Below are positions 48,887 through 59,423 of a stretch of 64,000 nucleotides of DNA, piece after piece. The notes beneath the pieces are model-generated. The model saw nothing but the letters and a program-made list of their open reading frames with translations, had not been told where the DNA came from and made no database searches. The first letter of the stretch is position 1. Each line of letters starts with the position of its first letter. This stretch comes from Flavobacteriales bacterium UBA5422 (GTDB lineage Bacteria; Bacteroidota; Bacteroidia; Flavobacteriales_D; Crocinitomicaceae). A program made the translations under genes and the position numbers. The stretch is taken from assembly GCA_002409405.1 (NCBI GenBank), contig DHNG01000030.1, positions 46,579 to 110,578 on the forward strand, written 5' to 3'.

Positions 48887-51040
48887 ATGTTTGGACGTGC
48901 TTTTCTGGGATTATTGACACTTATAAGTCTGCTATGGCTCGGTTATGCCACATACGACCGTGTAACCCAGGGAAAACAATTTAATCCGGAATATGTATTC
49001 GGAGCAGAGGACGGAGAAGTACTGATCGTTCTCAATCCGGCAAACCTGCTACCCCTTTCCGGGCAATTCGATATTCAACATACTGAAATTAGTACCTTAC
49101 TCGAACAACTGAATCCGGATGCAATTGATCACCTCTATATTTCTAAAAAAAGAGGACAAGTACTGATTACAACAAAAGAAACATTGAACGGTGAATCGGT
49201 TGCAGGTGTTTTTAAAGATCAATCCGGGATAAAGATCAATGATCAATCGCTTTCGTTCGGAAAGCTCACCGGTATTTTTTCCAAACACTCCCTTTATTTT
49301 TCCACGCAATCCATTGAACTGAACAAACATCCGTGGGAAGGGCTTCACTACGATAAAAACGGTGATGCTTCCATTATCCAATTCAGTGGAGGTCAGCAAC
49401 CATCTGTTACCGATATTTACATCAAAGAAAATGGTGTTATTGAATACAAAACAGCTGTTAAACGTGCTGTCCTTGGCTCGAAAGTAAATGATAAAGTTGT
49501 TTTTTCAGCTGTTGTTCCGGCTTCTGTTACTTCGTATGAGTTTTACGAAACAGATTACCTGCGATTCATCGACCCTGAATTAAAGAATAGTCCGATGAAT
49601 AATTGGTTAAAATATGGACTGGTTCGCATCACTGTTAACGGACAGGAAGCAATTATTACTGATTATATTGAAGGGCAGGAACCCATCCAGGTGCTTTATG
49701 ATTTCTATAAAAAAGAATCTACCGATACGGAAAGTGAATATTTTGAAGGAAGTCCGTTAACACAACTCATGAAACCAACAACGGGTTTTTATTGTTATCA
49801 GGTGGATGATTTTGTTGTTATTTCAGGAAACCGGGCGGTGTGTGAAACCATTATTGGTGATTATAAACTCGGAAATACATTGGCACAACATTCGGATCGC
49901 GCCAATGAAATTTACGGACAACTTCCACAGAAAGTAAATCAACGAACGGTTTTGGATGGTGTCAAACAGTCGGTTTCTGTTTATGATACCAACTTGCTGA
50001 CTACCGTTGTCGGAGGAAAGACCGGATCAACCGAACCAATCAATCAGACAACAACCAATTCAGCGACTTCTTTTGTTGCCGGAAATGTAAAAGACATCCA
50101 CATCCTTGACGAAAATGCATTTTTTGTTACCACCAACGACAATAAAGTACTGTTCTTCGAACACGACAAAAAGAAATGGGAACAAACCCTGGACGGGGGA
50201 ATTGTAGGAGACGCGGCTATCATTGATATTTTTGCCAACGAAAAATACCAGCTACTGGTTTCTTCCGGTAAAAAAGTACATGTATTCGATGTGAACGGAA
50301 ATGAACCTAGTGGTTTTCCGATCGAACTGGATGATCAGACGAATGTGCAAACACCATTGTTTTACCGCTGGAAAGGAAATGGCTTTTTCGCTATAGCAGG
50401 AACCGACGGAAAATTATTGCAATATGATAACCAGGGAAGGGAACTGGCAATCGTGAGAAATCAACTTTCAGAGATCGGGCAACAACCTGTTGTCTGGGTA
50501 AGTGCCAACAAGCCATTTATCGGGCTTTATGGAAACGGGCGTTTTGAAATGATTCAGGCCGACAGTCGCAAATCACTACGCATATTTGATGCAAAAGAAA
50601 TGACGACGATTGTAAAACTGCCGAACGAGGTGAAATTATTTGGTGTGGTGAACAATCAATTGGTTTCCTATGATCAACGCGGAGGAATTACCCGTTATGA
50701 AAAATTTGTCAATGCCAAGCTCCTTCCGACAATCAATGTTGATAAAGGAATTGTTGTAAAAGATCAGCAACAGTTGAAGTTGTTTAATTCCGGAGGAATC
50801 CAGTGGGCGACATTAAAACTACCGTTCTCGGATGTTTCTGATGTTCAGATTTTCTCCACAAGCAACGGAAATACAATCATCGCTGCAATTGATGCGTTGG
50901 AAAACAAGGTGTACCTATGGAAATCCAACGGAGAATTATACAGTAAGCAGCAATGGGACGGCAGTAAACTTGTTCGTTACCATAATGGAGCACTCTTTAC
51001 AGTGGTGGATAACCTGGTGGTGAGGTATTCAGTGAAGTAA
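48887..51040 (+). CDS. Large N-terminally anchored periplasmic protein with probable C-terminal beta-propeller
   Basis: N-terminal TM; C-terminal half has repeated beta blades (KKWE..LDG, IDIFANEKYQLL, GFPI); start placed after a TAACTTTG box. Confidence 0.7.
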   Translation: MFGRAFLGLLTLISLLWLGYATYDRVTQGKQFNPEYVFGAEDGEVLIVLNPANLLPLSGQFDIQHTEISTLLEQLNPDAIDHLYISKKRGQVLITTKETLNGESVAGVFKDQSGIKINDQSLSFGKLTGIFSKHSLYFSTQSIELNKHPWEGLHYDKNGDASIIQFSGGQQPSVTDIYIKENGVIEYKTAVKRAVLGSKVNDKVVFSAVVPASVTSYEFYETDYLRFIDPELKNSPMNNWLKYGLVRITVNGQEAIITDYIEGQEPIQVLYDFYKKESTDTESEYFEGSPLTQLMKPTTGFYCYQVDDFVVISGNRAVCETIIGDYKLGNTLAQHSDRANEIYGQLPQKVNQRTVLDGVKQSVSVYDTNLLTTVVGGKTGSTEPINQTTTNSATSFVAGNVKDIHILDENAFFVTTNDNKVLFFEHDKKKWEQTLDGGIVGDAAIIDIFANEKYQLLVSSGKKVHVFDVNGNEPSGFPIELDDQTNVQTPLFYRWKGNGFFAIAGTDGKLLQYDNQGRELAIVRNQLSEIGQQPVVWVSANKPFIGLYGNGRFEMIQADSRKSLRIFDAKEMTTIVKLPNEVKLFGVVNNQLVSYDQRGGITRYEKFVNAKLLPTINVDKGIVVKDQQQLKLFNSGGIQWATLKLPFSDVSDVQIFSTSNGNTIIAAIDALENKVYLWKSNGELYSKQQWDGSKLVRYHNGALFTVVDNLVVRYSVK

Positions 51041-51056
51041 CTACGAAATTCCGTTT

Positions 51057-51494
51057 TTAATGATTCCGAAAAAAGACCGGAATTTGATAGGTAGTCTTTA
51101 CGGTCTGATTTTTAATGGTAACTGCCGGAGTCCATTTAGGCATATTCTCAAGTAATCGAACAGCTTCTTTATCACATTCCGGACATCCCGACATACCCCT
51201 TCTCACAAACACATTTGATATTGAACCATCCGGCTCTATTGAAAATTGAATGATTATTTTTCCTGATACTCCATATTCCATTAACTCATCCGGATAGACA
51301 ACATTTTCTTTGAAGTAGTTTGCAAAAGCATTCTCTCCTCCCGGAAATGATGCTCCGCACACAACTGGCCATGGTTGATTAATCGTAGTCAATTTGCCTG
51401 AATATTGTTGAGAATTGTAAACAAACCGATCCGGTTTCTGTGAGAAACATTGGGAAGCTATAAACAACAAAAAGATCAGTGTTGCAAATTTCAT
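51057..51494 (-). CDS. TonB C-terminal domain protein
   Basis: FPGG...F..YF..NV.YP.....GVSGK....F.IEPDG.I..V......D.EAVRL...MPKW.PA. Confidence 0.85.
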   Translation of the reverse strand: MKFATLIFLLFIASQCFSQKPDRFVYNSQQYSGKLTTINQPWPVVCGASFPGGENAFANYFKENVVYPDELMEYGVSGKIIIQFSIEPDGSISNVFVRRGMSGCPECDKEAVRLLENMPKWTPAVTIKNQTVKTTYQIPVFFRNH

Positions 51495-51610
51495 ATACTA
51501 AAACTAGTTTATTTATCATTACCATTATAGGTAATTGAGTAAACCCCTTCTTTTATTTATTTTTCTATCGGAGATTGTAAAATTTTCGTTTTACTGGTAT
51601 GATTGGTTTG

Positions 51611-51688
51611 TCCTCCCCCTGCCCCCTCCAAAGGGGGAGTGTTCCGGGAACTTTTGTTTATTTCCCCCTTTGGGGGGCAGGGGGAGGA
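51611..51688. repeat. Intergenic inverted repeat pair (REP-like), copy 2 of the family at 2541
   Basis: TCCTCCCCCTGCCCCCTCCAAAGGGGGA (51611-51638) and TCCCCCTTTGGGGGGCAGGGGGAGGA (51663-51688), 24-nt spacer. Confidence 0.85.
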
Positions 51689-51706
51689 TGCAATTATCTC
51701 AATCAT

Positions 51707-52831
51707 TTATTCTCCAATCGGCATCAGCCCTTCATATTGTTGGCGCAGTAAAAACCGGTACGGTTCTATTCCATGGTGATAATACGGTGATTTATTGTCT
51801 TTGTAAAAATCAAAATAATTTTGTTCCGGAATGAACGAAATCGGCACTCCAGGTCGGAGGAAATACGTGCTGTTGACCGGATCGGGCAATTGCAATCCGG
51901 GTACCATTCCGTTGATAAATTTTCCAACGTATTTCCCTAAATATTTCTGGTAACTCTTTGCTGATTTAATGGCTTTCTTATTCATTTTGTTGTACGCGGA
52001 GGACAAAAACATACGTTTGATCAACGGTTGCTTTTTCAATCCTTGTCTGGCATCTACCAACGGATTGGGCTCATTCATATCCGGTGCCAGCTGTTGCGTA
52101 GTAAACGGCATTTCAGGTACAGGATCTTTAGAGTTTGTCACACTGAATGCCCATTCTGAGCGCATGATGTGGTCGTAATCATATATGAAATACATGTTTC
52201 CCATTTTCGGAGGAGCCGTTGCATATGCTTTTACCTGCATGTCCGGGTAGACACCATCTTTTTTCAGGTAGTACAGCCAGGCACTTACATAATACACCAA
52301 CGAACCTCCCTGGCTATGTCCTCCAATCAGGTAATTGTGGTACCCTGCTTTGTACAGCGAATCGATTTTCAGTTGCGCGTCGTTGGCAATGTACGCAAAT
52401 CCGGCTAAAAACCCGGCATGTACTGCTGCCTGCTCGTGTTCTGCAATTTTATACTGGAAGGAGTCTGTTTCCGACAATTTTACAGTTCCTGTTGCGGGCA
52501 TCATCGCACAATAGAAATCGGCCAGTAGGGACTTCGGGTCTCCAGTCGTTCCACGCAACATCAGTACGACCGTAGAATCGGAACGCACCCACAAATCCCA
52601 CAAATTGTCCAACCCCATTGCCGGAGAACGATACACAAACCGGTAGTCTGTAAGTCCCACTGAATCGGCAAACCGTTCTACAGGAACTTTATTCATAAAT
52701 GCATCATTCAGCTGTAAAACCTCATCACACTCTTGCGGAATAAATCCCGGTGAAAATGTGTACGACAATTGAGCAAGTACGCTATTGAAAACAAGCGATA
52801 AAAAAATGGCAATCGAGCAGTATTTCTTCAC
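51707..52831 (-). CDS. Exported class 3 lipase
   Basis: Signal peptide ending LA-Q; LRGT, VHAGF, GHSQGG, D.VP motifs. Confidence 0.88.
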   Translation of the reverse strand: MKKYCSIAIFLSLVFNSVLAQLSYTFSPGFIPQECDEVLQLNDAFMNKVPVERFADSVGLTDYRFVYRSPAMGLDNLWDLWVRSDSTVVLMLRGTTGDPKSLLADFYCAMMPATGTVKLSETDSFQYKIAEHEQAAVHAGFLAGFAYIANDAQLKIDSLYKAGYHNYLIGGHSQGGSLVYYVSAWLYYLKKDGVYPDMQVKAYATAPPKMGNMYFIYDYDHIMRSEWAFSVTNSKDPVPEMPFTTQQLAPDMNEPNPLVDARQGLKKQPLIKRMFLSSAYNKMNKKAIKSAKSYQKYLGKYVGKFINGMVPGLQLPDPVNSTYFLRPGVPISFIPEQNYFDFYKDNKSPYYHHGIEPYRFLLRQQYEGLMPIGE

Positions 52832-52862
52832 GGTGTCTGAACGAAAAGTTATGAATTTATTT

Positions 52863-55022
52863 TTATTCCACTAATTCCAGGTCAATCTGGCGTTTTCTCG
52901 GAGAAACTTCATAGATGCGTACTTTCACCCGATCGCCAAAATTGAATTCATTCTTGTATTTATGTCCGATAATTCTGAATTTTTCCGGATCAAAATAGTA
53001 CCGGTCGCCCGGAATCTGGTTCATCGGCACCATTCCTTCGCATTGATTTTCGTCCATGCGCACGTACATTCCTTGCTCGGCAATTCCCGAAACTGTTCCT
53101 TCAAATTCTTGTCCGATCTTGTCCAGTACAAAAATTGTCTGGAAATATTTGGTTGATTCCCGTTCCGCTTCCGACGCTTTTCGTTCATTGCGCGAAATGC
53201 GTTTGCAGACATCATCCAACCCACTTCCGTAGATGTGTTTTTTATGGGTGAGTTCTTCCATTAAAATGCGATGTACTACTAAATCAGCATACCGGCGAAT
53301 CGGGGATGTAAAGTGGGTGTAGTATTCAAATGCCAATCCATAATGTCCGATGTTTTCTGTTTCGTACGTTGCTTTCGCCATAGAGCGGATCGCCATGGAT
53401 TGAATAATTGAATATTCATTTTTATAGCGGATGTCATTCAATAGTGCATTGATACTTTTGGATACGGTTTTCAAATCACTTGATTCCAGGTCGTACCCGA
53501 ATTTGTCAATGAACACCTTAAACAATTCGATCTTCGCCAGATCCGGTTCGTCGTGCACCCGGTACACAAACGGAATCGGGTCTCTGTCTTTTGACGGTTT
53601 CCCGATAAATTCAGCGACATGTCGATTGGCCAACAACATGAATTCTTCGATTAGCTTATGCGCATCTTTTGAGGTTTTTATCAGTACTTCAACCGGGTTT
53701 TTATCTTCATCCAGCTTGAAGCGCATTTCTTCCGATTCGATGTTCAATGCTCCTTTTTTTAATCGCTTTTTTCTGTAAACTTTTGCGATTTTATCCAACA
53801 GCAGAATCTCCTCTCTCAATGCATCTTCTTTTCCTTCGATGATTTCCTGTGCTTCTTCGTATGCAAAGCGGCGATTGGAATGAATGACAGTTTTTCCAAA
53901 CCAGGTATCCTTGATGGTCCCGTTTTCATCCATTTTGAATACAACAGAGAAACTGTATTTATCTTCATTCGGACGCAGTGAACAAGCAAAGTTCGATAAT
54001 TGCTCCGGCAGCATCGGTACAACCCTATCAACCAAATAAACGGAGTTGGATCGGTGCAGTGCTTCTTTGTCCATCGGTGATCCCGGACGCACATAGTGGC
54101 TTACATCGGCAATGTGTACCCCGATTTCCAGGTCTCCGTTTTCCAGTCGTAAAAATGACAGGGCATCATCAAAATCTTTGGCATCAAACGGGTCAATGGT
54201 AAAGGTCAGCACCTCCCGCATATCGCGTCGGTTTTTGATTTCTTCTTCATCCAGATCCATTGTCACTTCTTCCGCCTGCGCAATGACTTCCTGTGGAAAC
54301 TCATAATCAATTCCCTGGTTTACTAAAATAGAAATCATCTCGGTGTCATTGGCCGTTCGCTGACCTAATCGTTCAACAACTTCTCCGTACGGACTTGCTG
54401 CAGAATCCGGCCAAACTGTAATTTTTACCAATACCTTTTCTCCGTCTTTGGCTCCATTCAGTTTTTCTTTCGGAATAAAAATATCTGTCCCTACCCGCTG
54501 GTTGTCCGGAACCAAAAATGCAAATGTATCGTGGAGTTGTATCGTTCCCACAAAATGTGTCCGCTCCCGCTCTATTACATCAACAATTTCCCCTTCTACC
54601 CTGGTTTTCCCGGATCGTGTAACACGTATTTTTACTTTGTCCCCGCCAATGGCTTTTCCCACTGATTTAGGGTCGATGTAAATGTCTTTTTCATATCCGT
54701 CTACTGAAACAAATCCTGCTCCACGATTGTTTAAATCCAGGTATCCTTCCAGAAACGATGCCGATTTGTTCAAGGTATAGGTGCTGTGACTCACTGCCCG
54801 CAAAAATCCTTGTTCAACCAATTCCTGTAAAACAGTATATGCCAATTTTCTGAGTGCTCCATCCCGCATGTCCAGTAATGTACACACTTGTCGATGTGTC
54901 AATTCGCTTCCTTCATTTTTTTCGAATTGTTTGCGAATCAATACTGTAAGACTTCCTTTCAGGTTATTTTTCTTTTTCCCTTTATTATTCTTGGGATTTT
55001 TATCCTTTTTTCTGTGACTCAT
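52863..55022 (-). CDS. rnr: Ribonuclease R
   Basis: CSD domains, TIDPFDAKDFDDALS, VHIADV, IEEFMLLAN, YTHFTSPIRRYADL, C-terminal S1. Confidence 0.96.
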   Translation of the reverse strand: MSHRKKDKNPKNNKGKKKNNLKGSLTVLIRKQFEKNEGSELTHRQVCTLLDMRDGALRKLAYTVLQELVEQGFLRAVSHSTYTLNKSASFLEGYLDLNNRGAGFVSVDGYEKDIYIDPKSVGKAIGGDKVKIRVTRSGKTRVEGEIVDVIERERTHFVGTIQLHDTFAFLVPDNQRVGTDIFIPKEKLNGAKDGEKVLVKITVWPDSAASPYGEVVERLGQRTANDTEMISILVNQGIDYEFPQEVIAQAEEVTMDLDEEEIKNRRDMREVLTFTIDPFDAKDFDDALSFLRLENGDLEIGVHIADVSHYVRPGSPMDKEALHRSNSVYLVDRVVPMLPEQLSNFACSLRPNEDKYSFSVVFKMDENGTIKDTWFGKTVIHSNRRFAYEEAQEIIEGKEDALREEILLLDKIAKVYRKKRLKKGALNIESEEMRFKLDEDKNPVEVLIKTSKDAHKLIEEFMLLANRHVAEFIGKPSKDRDPIPFVYRVHDEPDLAKIELFKVFIDKFGYDLESSDLKTVSKSINALLNDIRYKNEYSIIQSMAIRSMAKATYETENIGHYGLAFEYYTHFTSPIRRYADLVVHRILMEELTHKKHIYGSGLDDVCKRISRNERKASEAERESTKYFQTIFVLDKIGQEFEGTVSGIAEQGMYVRMDENQCEGMVPMNQIPGDRYYFDPEKFRIIGHKYKNEFNFGDRVKVRIYEVSPRKRQIDLELVE

Positions 55023-55232
55023 CCTGCTAAATTACATTCTTTCATTGGTTTTATCCGTTCTGAAGATGATTAAATTTTCTTAAAATCAATTTGTTTGAGT
55101 GAATCTTAACCGGTAGCTTCTATTTTTGGAAGTGACCATTTCGATGATTCTCAATGAAAGGGTGCTTTCTTGTAATGAACCGCTTCATTTTTATACATTT
55201 TTCTTACTTTTAGTCGGTGATAATTCAGGAAA

Positions 55233-56171
55233 ATGGAAAAATCGGGATTTATACAAAGTGTAACGAAAGAAGGAGGTGAACACAAACTGTTTTATACCTT
55301 ATTTGAACCGGAAGATCAACCTGTCAGGGCAACGCTGCTGGTATTACATGGTATGCAGGAACACAGTGGTCGTTATGCCACATTTGCCCGTTACCTGAAG
55401 AATCGTGGAATTGCGGTTGTGACGTATGATCACCTGGGGCATGGAAAAACAGCGCAGCGAAAAGAAGATCACGGTTTTTTTATGGCTCGGAATGCCCGTG
55501 AACAAGTAGTCATTGATGCAGAAAATTTAGCCGCTTACCTGGAAACGAAATACCCGTATGTCCCTCATTTTGTGCTGGGTCATTCCATGGGTTCGTTTAT
55601 TACACGCTGTTTGTTGCAACAAGCACATCAACGATTTGATGGAGCCATTATTGTGGGAACGGGTGGAAAAATCAAGGGAATCGGAGTTGGAAAGGCACTT
55701 ATTTCTGTATTGAATGCAATGGCGCCGCGTTACCGAAGTCGATTGATCAATAACGCGTTTACAAAGATGAGTAATTCCCGTTTTAAACAGGAAGGAAATT
55801 ATAAAAACACCAATTGGCTGAGTGTCAACAAAGAGAACCGGGATGCTTTTCTCAGTGATGAATTGTGTGGAATCCCCTTTACTAACAATGGTTTTCACAC
55901 CTTGATATCCGTCAATATGGATGCCACCAAAAGAGACTGGGCGCAAAACATTATTCGCAAATTCCCGATGCTGTTCGTAAGTGGAATCGATGATCCGATC
56001 GGTGATTTCAGCAAAGGAGTTATACAAACCGTTGAACAGCTTAAAAAAGATGATTTCCAGGATGTAACCATGAAGATTTATCCGAATATGCGCCACGAGA
56101 TTTTAAATGAAACCAACCGAGAAGAAGTGTACCTGGATATTCAACAATGGATGGAGAATCATTTAACGTAA
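55233..56171 (+). CDS. Alpha/beta hydrolase, lysophospholipase-like
   Basis: HGMQEHSGRY, DHLGHG, GHSMGS, DDPIG, RHEILNE. Confidence 0.9.
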   Translation: MEKSGFIQSVTKEGGEHKLFYTLFEPEDQPVRATLLVLHGMQEHSGRYATFARYLKNRGIAVVTYDHLGHGKTAQRKEDHGFFMARNAREQVVIDAENLAAYLETKYPYVPHFVLGHSMGSFITRCLLQQAHQRFDGAIIVGTGGKIKGIGVGKALISVLNAMAPRYRSRLINNAFTKMSNSRFKQEGNYKNTNWLSVNKENRDAFLSDELCGIPFTNNGFHTLISVNMDATKRDWAQNIIRKFPMLFVSGIDDPIGDFSKGVIQTVEQLKKDDFQDVTMKIYPNMRHEILNETNREEVYLDIQQWMENHLT

Positions 56172-56239
56172 CCACGAACCTGACTCCGTTCAACAGACCG
56201 ATAAAATCGCTATATTCGTCCGTACAATATCATTTTACC

Positions 56240-57370
56240 ATGTCAAAATTACCTTCTGTAGGAACAAGTATCTTCAGTGTGATGTCAAAAATGGCACTGG
56301 AACACAATGCCATCAATTTATCTCAAGGTTTTCCCAATTTTCCGATCGACGAACGATTAACGGAAATTCACAGCAAAATTGTTCTGGAAGCGCAAAGCAA
56401 TCAATACTGCCCGATGGCGGGTCATCCGCAATTACTGGATGGTTTACAACGATTGATTTTACAGTCTTACGGAAGAACGGTTAATCCGGCAACGGAACTC
56501 CTGGTAACTGCAGGTGCTACACAGGCAATCTTTACTATTTTACAAGCATTGGCAGACAAGGGTGACGAAGTCATTGTGCTCGACCCCTGCTATGATTCAT
56601 ATGAATCGGCAATTATTTTGTCGGGCGCAAAACCGGTGCATGTTTCTCTCGATGAACACTATCTCCCGGACTGGAATGCTATTGAGCAAGCCATTACTCC
56701 CAATACCCGCTTTATTCTTACAAATGATCCACACAATCCTTCAGGAAGAATTTGGTCGGAACGCGATTATGAAGCATTGGAAACATTGCTGGAGAAGAAC
56801 CCGCATTTACTGGTGCTTTCTGATGAAGTATACGAATACATCACATTTGAAAAGAAGCACATTTCGATCAATCAACGGCCTAAATTACAACACAGGGCCC
56901 TTTCTGTGAGTTCATTTGGAAAAACATTTCACATTACAGGATGGAAAATCGGTTACATTGTCGCTCCGCAACACCTGATGGATGAAATCAAAAAGGTGCA
57001 TCAATTCCTGGTCTTTTGTGTGAACAGCACTGCGCAGGCAACATTGGCAGCATACCTGAATGTAGTAAACGTGCATGAATTAGGCAGGTTCTACCAGGAA
57101 AAAAGGGATCTGTTTCAATCATTGATGAATGACAGTCGTTTTGAGTTACTCCCTTCGGAAGGAACGTATTTCCAGTTGGCAAGCTATGCAAGCATCAGCA
57201 GTGAAGACGACGTAACATTTACCAAACGCATCCTGACCGAACACAAAGTAGCAACGATCCCGGTTTCAGTATTCAATGCAGCCGGACGGGATTTGAAACA
57301 CATCCGTTTTTGTTTCGCCAAGACCGATGAAACACTGATACAGGCTGCTGAGAAATTAAGACAACTATAA
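56240..57370 (+). CDS. ybdL: Class I PLP-dependent methionine aminotransferase (YbdL-like)
   Basis: SKLPSVGTSIF, INLSQGFP, PHNPSG, SDEVYE, SSFGKTFHITGWKIGY, IRFCFAK. Confidence 0.88.
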   Translation: MSKLPSVGTSIFSVMSKMALEHNAINLSQGFPNFPIDERLTEIHSKIVLEAQSNQYCPMAGHPQLLDGLQRLILQSYGRTVNPATELLVTAGATQAIFTILQALADKGDEVIVLDPCYDSYESAIILSGAKPVHVSLDEHYLPDWNAIEQAITPNTRFILTNDPHNPSGRIWSERDYEALETLLEKNPHLLVLSDEVYEYITFEKKHISINQRPKLQHRALSVSSFGKTFHITGWKIGYIVAPQHLMDEIKKVHQFLVFCVNSTAQATLAAYLNVVNVHELGRFYQEKRDLFQSLMNDSRFELLPSEGTYFQLASYASISSEDDVTFTKRILTEHKVATIPVSVFNAAGRDLKHIRFCFAKTDETLIQAAEKLRQL

Positions 57371-57381
57371 AAATCATTTCG

Positions 57382-58158
57382 ATGAAAGATTTAAGCGTAA
57401 CACTGGTACAAGCGGATCAGTTCTGGGAAGACAAAGCTGCAAATTTCCGCAACTATGAACGTTTGCTGTCAGGTATTGATCAAACCGATTTGATTTTACT
57501 CCCGGAAATGTTTAATACTGGTTTTTCCATGAATGCTCCGGTATTAGCAGAGCCTTTCAATCATTCCGCATCCATTCATTGGTTACAAGAACTTGCCCGT
57601 ACAAAAAATGCCGCGATTTATACGTCATTGATTATCGAAGAGAATGGCAACTATTATAACCGGGGGTTGTTTGTTCAACCCGACGGAACGATTTCCGTTT
57701 ATGACAAGCGAAAAACATTCGGACTGGCGGGAGAAGATAAAGTCTATTCCAAAGGAGAAAGAGCTGTCATTGTTGATTACAAAGGCTGGAAGATTCGTTT
57801 GCAGATTTGTTACGATCTCCGTTTTCCGGAAATTTCACTCAATCATCATGTAGACAATACACCTCAATACGACTTATTGGTATACGTAGCCAACTGGCCG
57901 GAACGACGCAATGTGCACTGGAGAAGTTTACTCCCTGCGCGGGCAATTGAGAACCAATCGTATGTTGTCGCCGTTAACCGCGTTGGAAATGACCATGCCG
58001 GGTTAACCTATTCGGGAGATAGTTGTGTAATTGACTTATTGGGCAATCGATTGATTGATATTACACAGGAAGAACAAGTGGTAAGTATCTCGTTGTCCTA
58101 TGAAAAATTACAGGATTTACGAGGAAAATTACCTTTTCTCAAAGACCGGGAAATTTAA
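57382..58158 (+). CDS. yafV: Carbon-nitrogen hydrolase / omega-amidase (YafV-like)
   Basis: LPEMFNTGF, YDKR, QICYDLRFP, ANWP, ARAIENQ catalytic E-K-C triad; adjacent to the ybdL-like gene. Confidence 0.85.
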   Translation: MKDLSVTLVQADQFWEDKAANFRNYERLLSGIDQTDLILLPEMFNTGFSMNAPVLAEPFNHSASIHWLQELARTKNAAIYTSLIIEENGNYYNRGLFVQPDGTISVYDKRKTFGLAGEDKVYSKGERAVIVDYKGWKIRLQICYDLRFPEISLNHHVDNTPQYDLLVYVANWPERRNVHWRSLLPARAIENQSYVVAVNRVGNDHAGLTYSGDSCVIDLLGNRLIDITQEEQVVSISLSYEKLQDLRGKLPFLKDREI

Positions 58159-58227
58159 ATTAATTCTGGTTTTCTATGCTAATCCGGAGAAATCTAAACC
58201 AGTAATAAATTTATATACCTTTATCCC

Positions 58228-59391
58228 ATGCAGAAAAAAACAGGTGTCGCGATTTTAGGATCAACCGGTTCAATTGGAACGCAAGCATTGGAAGTCATCG
58301 AGGCGTATCCGGACAAATTTGACCTGCAGGTCATCACTGCCGGAAAAAATGCTGCTTTATTAATTGAACAAGCTATCCGGTTTCAGCCCAACACCGTTGT
58401 CATCACCGATGAACATCAGTACCAACATGTCAAAGATGCGCTCTGGTCGCACGACATTCATGTTTACTGCGGAGAAGCTGCTTTATGCCAGGTCGTAGAG
58501 GCGACAGAAATTGATGTGGTACTGACCGCATTGGTTGGCTACGCCGGACTTAAACCGACATTACATGCTATCTGGGCAAAGAAAAATATCGCCTTAGCAA
58601 ATAAAGAAACGTTAGTTGTTGCCGGAGAATTAGTTACTGCTGAAGCACAACGAAACGGTGTGAACATTTACCCTGTTGACTCTGAACATTCGGCCATTTT
58701 TCAGTGTTTAGTTGGTGAGTTTCACAATAAAATTGAGAAAATTTACCTGACTGCTTCCGGAGGACCGTTTCGTGGATTCACCTACGAACAGCTACAAACC
58801 GTAACAAAAGCACAGGCATTAAAGCACCCGAACTGGGACATGGGAGCAAAAATTACCATTGATTCGGCAACCATGATGAATAAAGGACTGGAGGTGATTG
58901 AGGCGAAATGGCTGTTTGGATTAAAACCGGAACAAATTGATGTGATTGTTCATCCGCAGTCAGTTATTCACTCCCTGGTTCAGTTTGAAGACGGAGCCAT
59001 GAAAGCTCAGATGGGATTGCCGGATATGAAACTCCCGATCCAGTTTGCCCTGACCTATCCGAATCGCTGGAAGACGGATTTCCCGCGTTTCAATTTTATG
59101 GATTACCCCCAACTGACCTTTCAACAACCAGACCGACAGCTCTTCAAAAATTTAGACCTGGCGTACCAGGCGATGGAAAAGGGAGGAACTGCGGCGTGTG
59201 CATTAAATGCCTCCAATGAAGTTACCGTTCAGGCATTCCTGGATGAAAAGATCGGATTTTTAGAGATTGCCACAATCAATGAACGGATAATGCACGACAT
59301 GCCGGTTGTTTCCAATCCGACGCTGGAGGATTATGTGCGAATGGATAAAGAAAGTCGTGAACTGGCTGAAAAATACATATCCCGATCATGA
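58228..59391 (+). CDS. dxr: 1-deoxy-D-xylulose 5-phosphate reductoisomerase
   Basis: LGSTGSIG, LANKE, PVDSEHSA, TASGGPF, HPNW.MG.KITIDSATMMNKGLE. Confidence 0.98.
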   Translation: MQKKTGVAILGSTGSIGTQALEVIEAYPDKFDLQVITAGKNAALLIEQAIRFQPNTVVITDEHQYQHVKDALWSHDIHVYCGEAALCQVVEATEIDVVLTALVGYAGLKPTLHAIWAKKNIALANKETLVVAGELVTAEAQRNGVNIYPVDSEHSAIFQCLVGEFHNKIEKIYLTASGGPFRGFTYEQLQTVTKAQALKHPNWDMGAKITIDSATMMNKGLEVIEAKWLFGLKPEQIDVIVHPQSVIHSLVQFEDGAMKAQMGLPDMKLPIQFALTYPNRWKTDFPRFNFMDYPQLTFQQPDRQLFKNLDLAYQAMEKGGTAACALNASNEVTVQAFLDEKIGFLEIATINERIMHDMPVVSNPTLEDYVRMDKESRELAEKYISRS

Positions 59392-59423
59392 ACTAAACGC
59401 ATAAAAATTACAATATATACTCC

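Noticed and set aside
51535-51834. 99-aa ORF spanning the C/G-rich repeat
   Set aside because: Its Pro/Gly runs are simply the translated inverted repeat, and it overlaps the lipase gene antisense.
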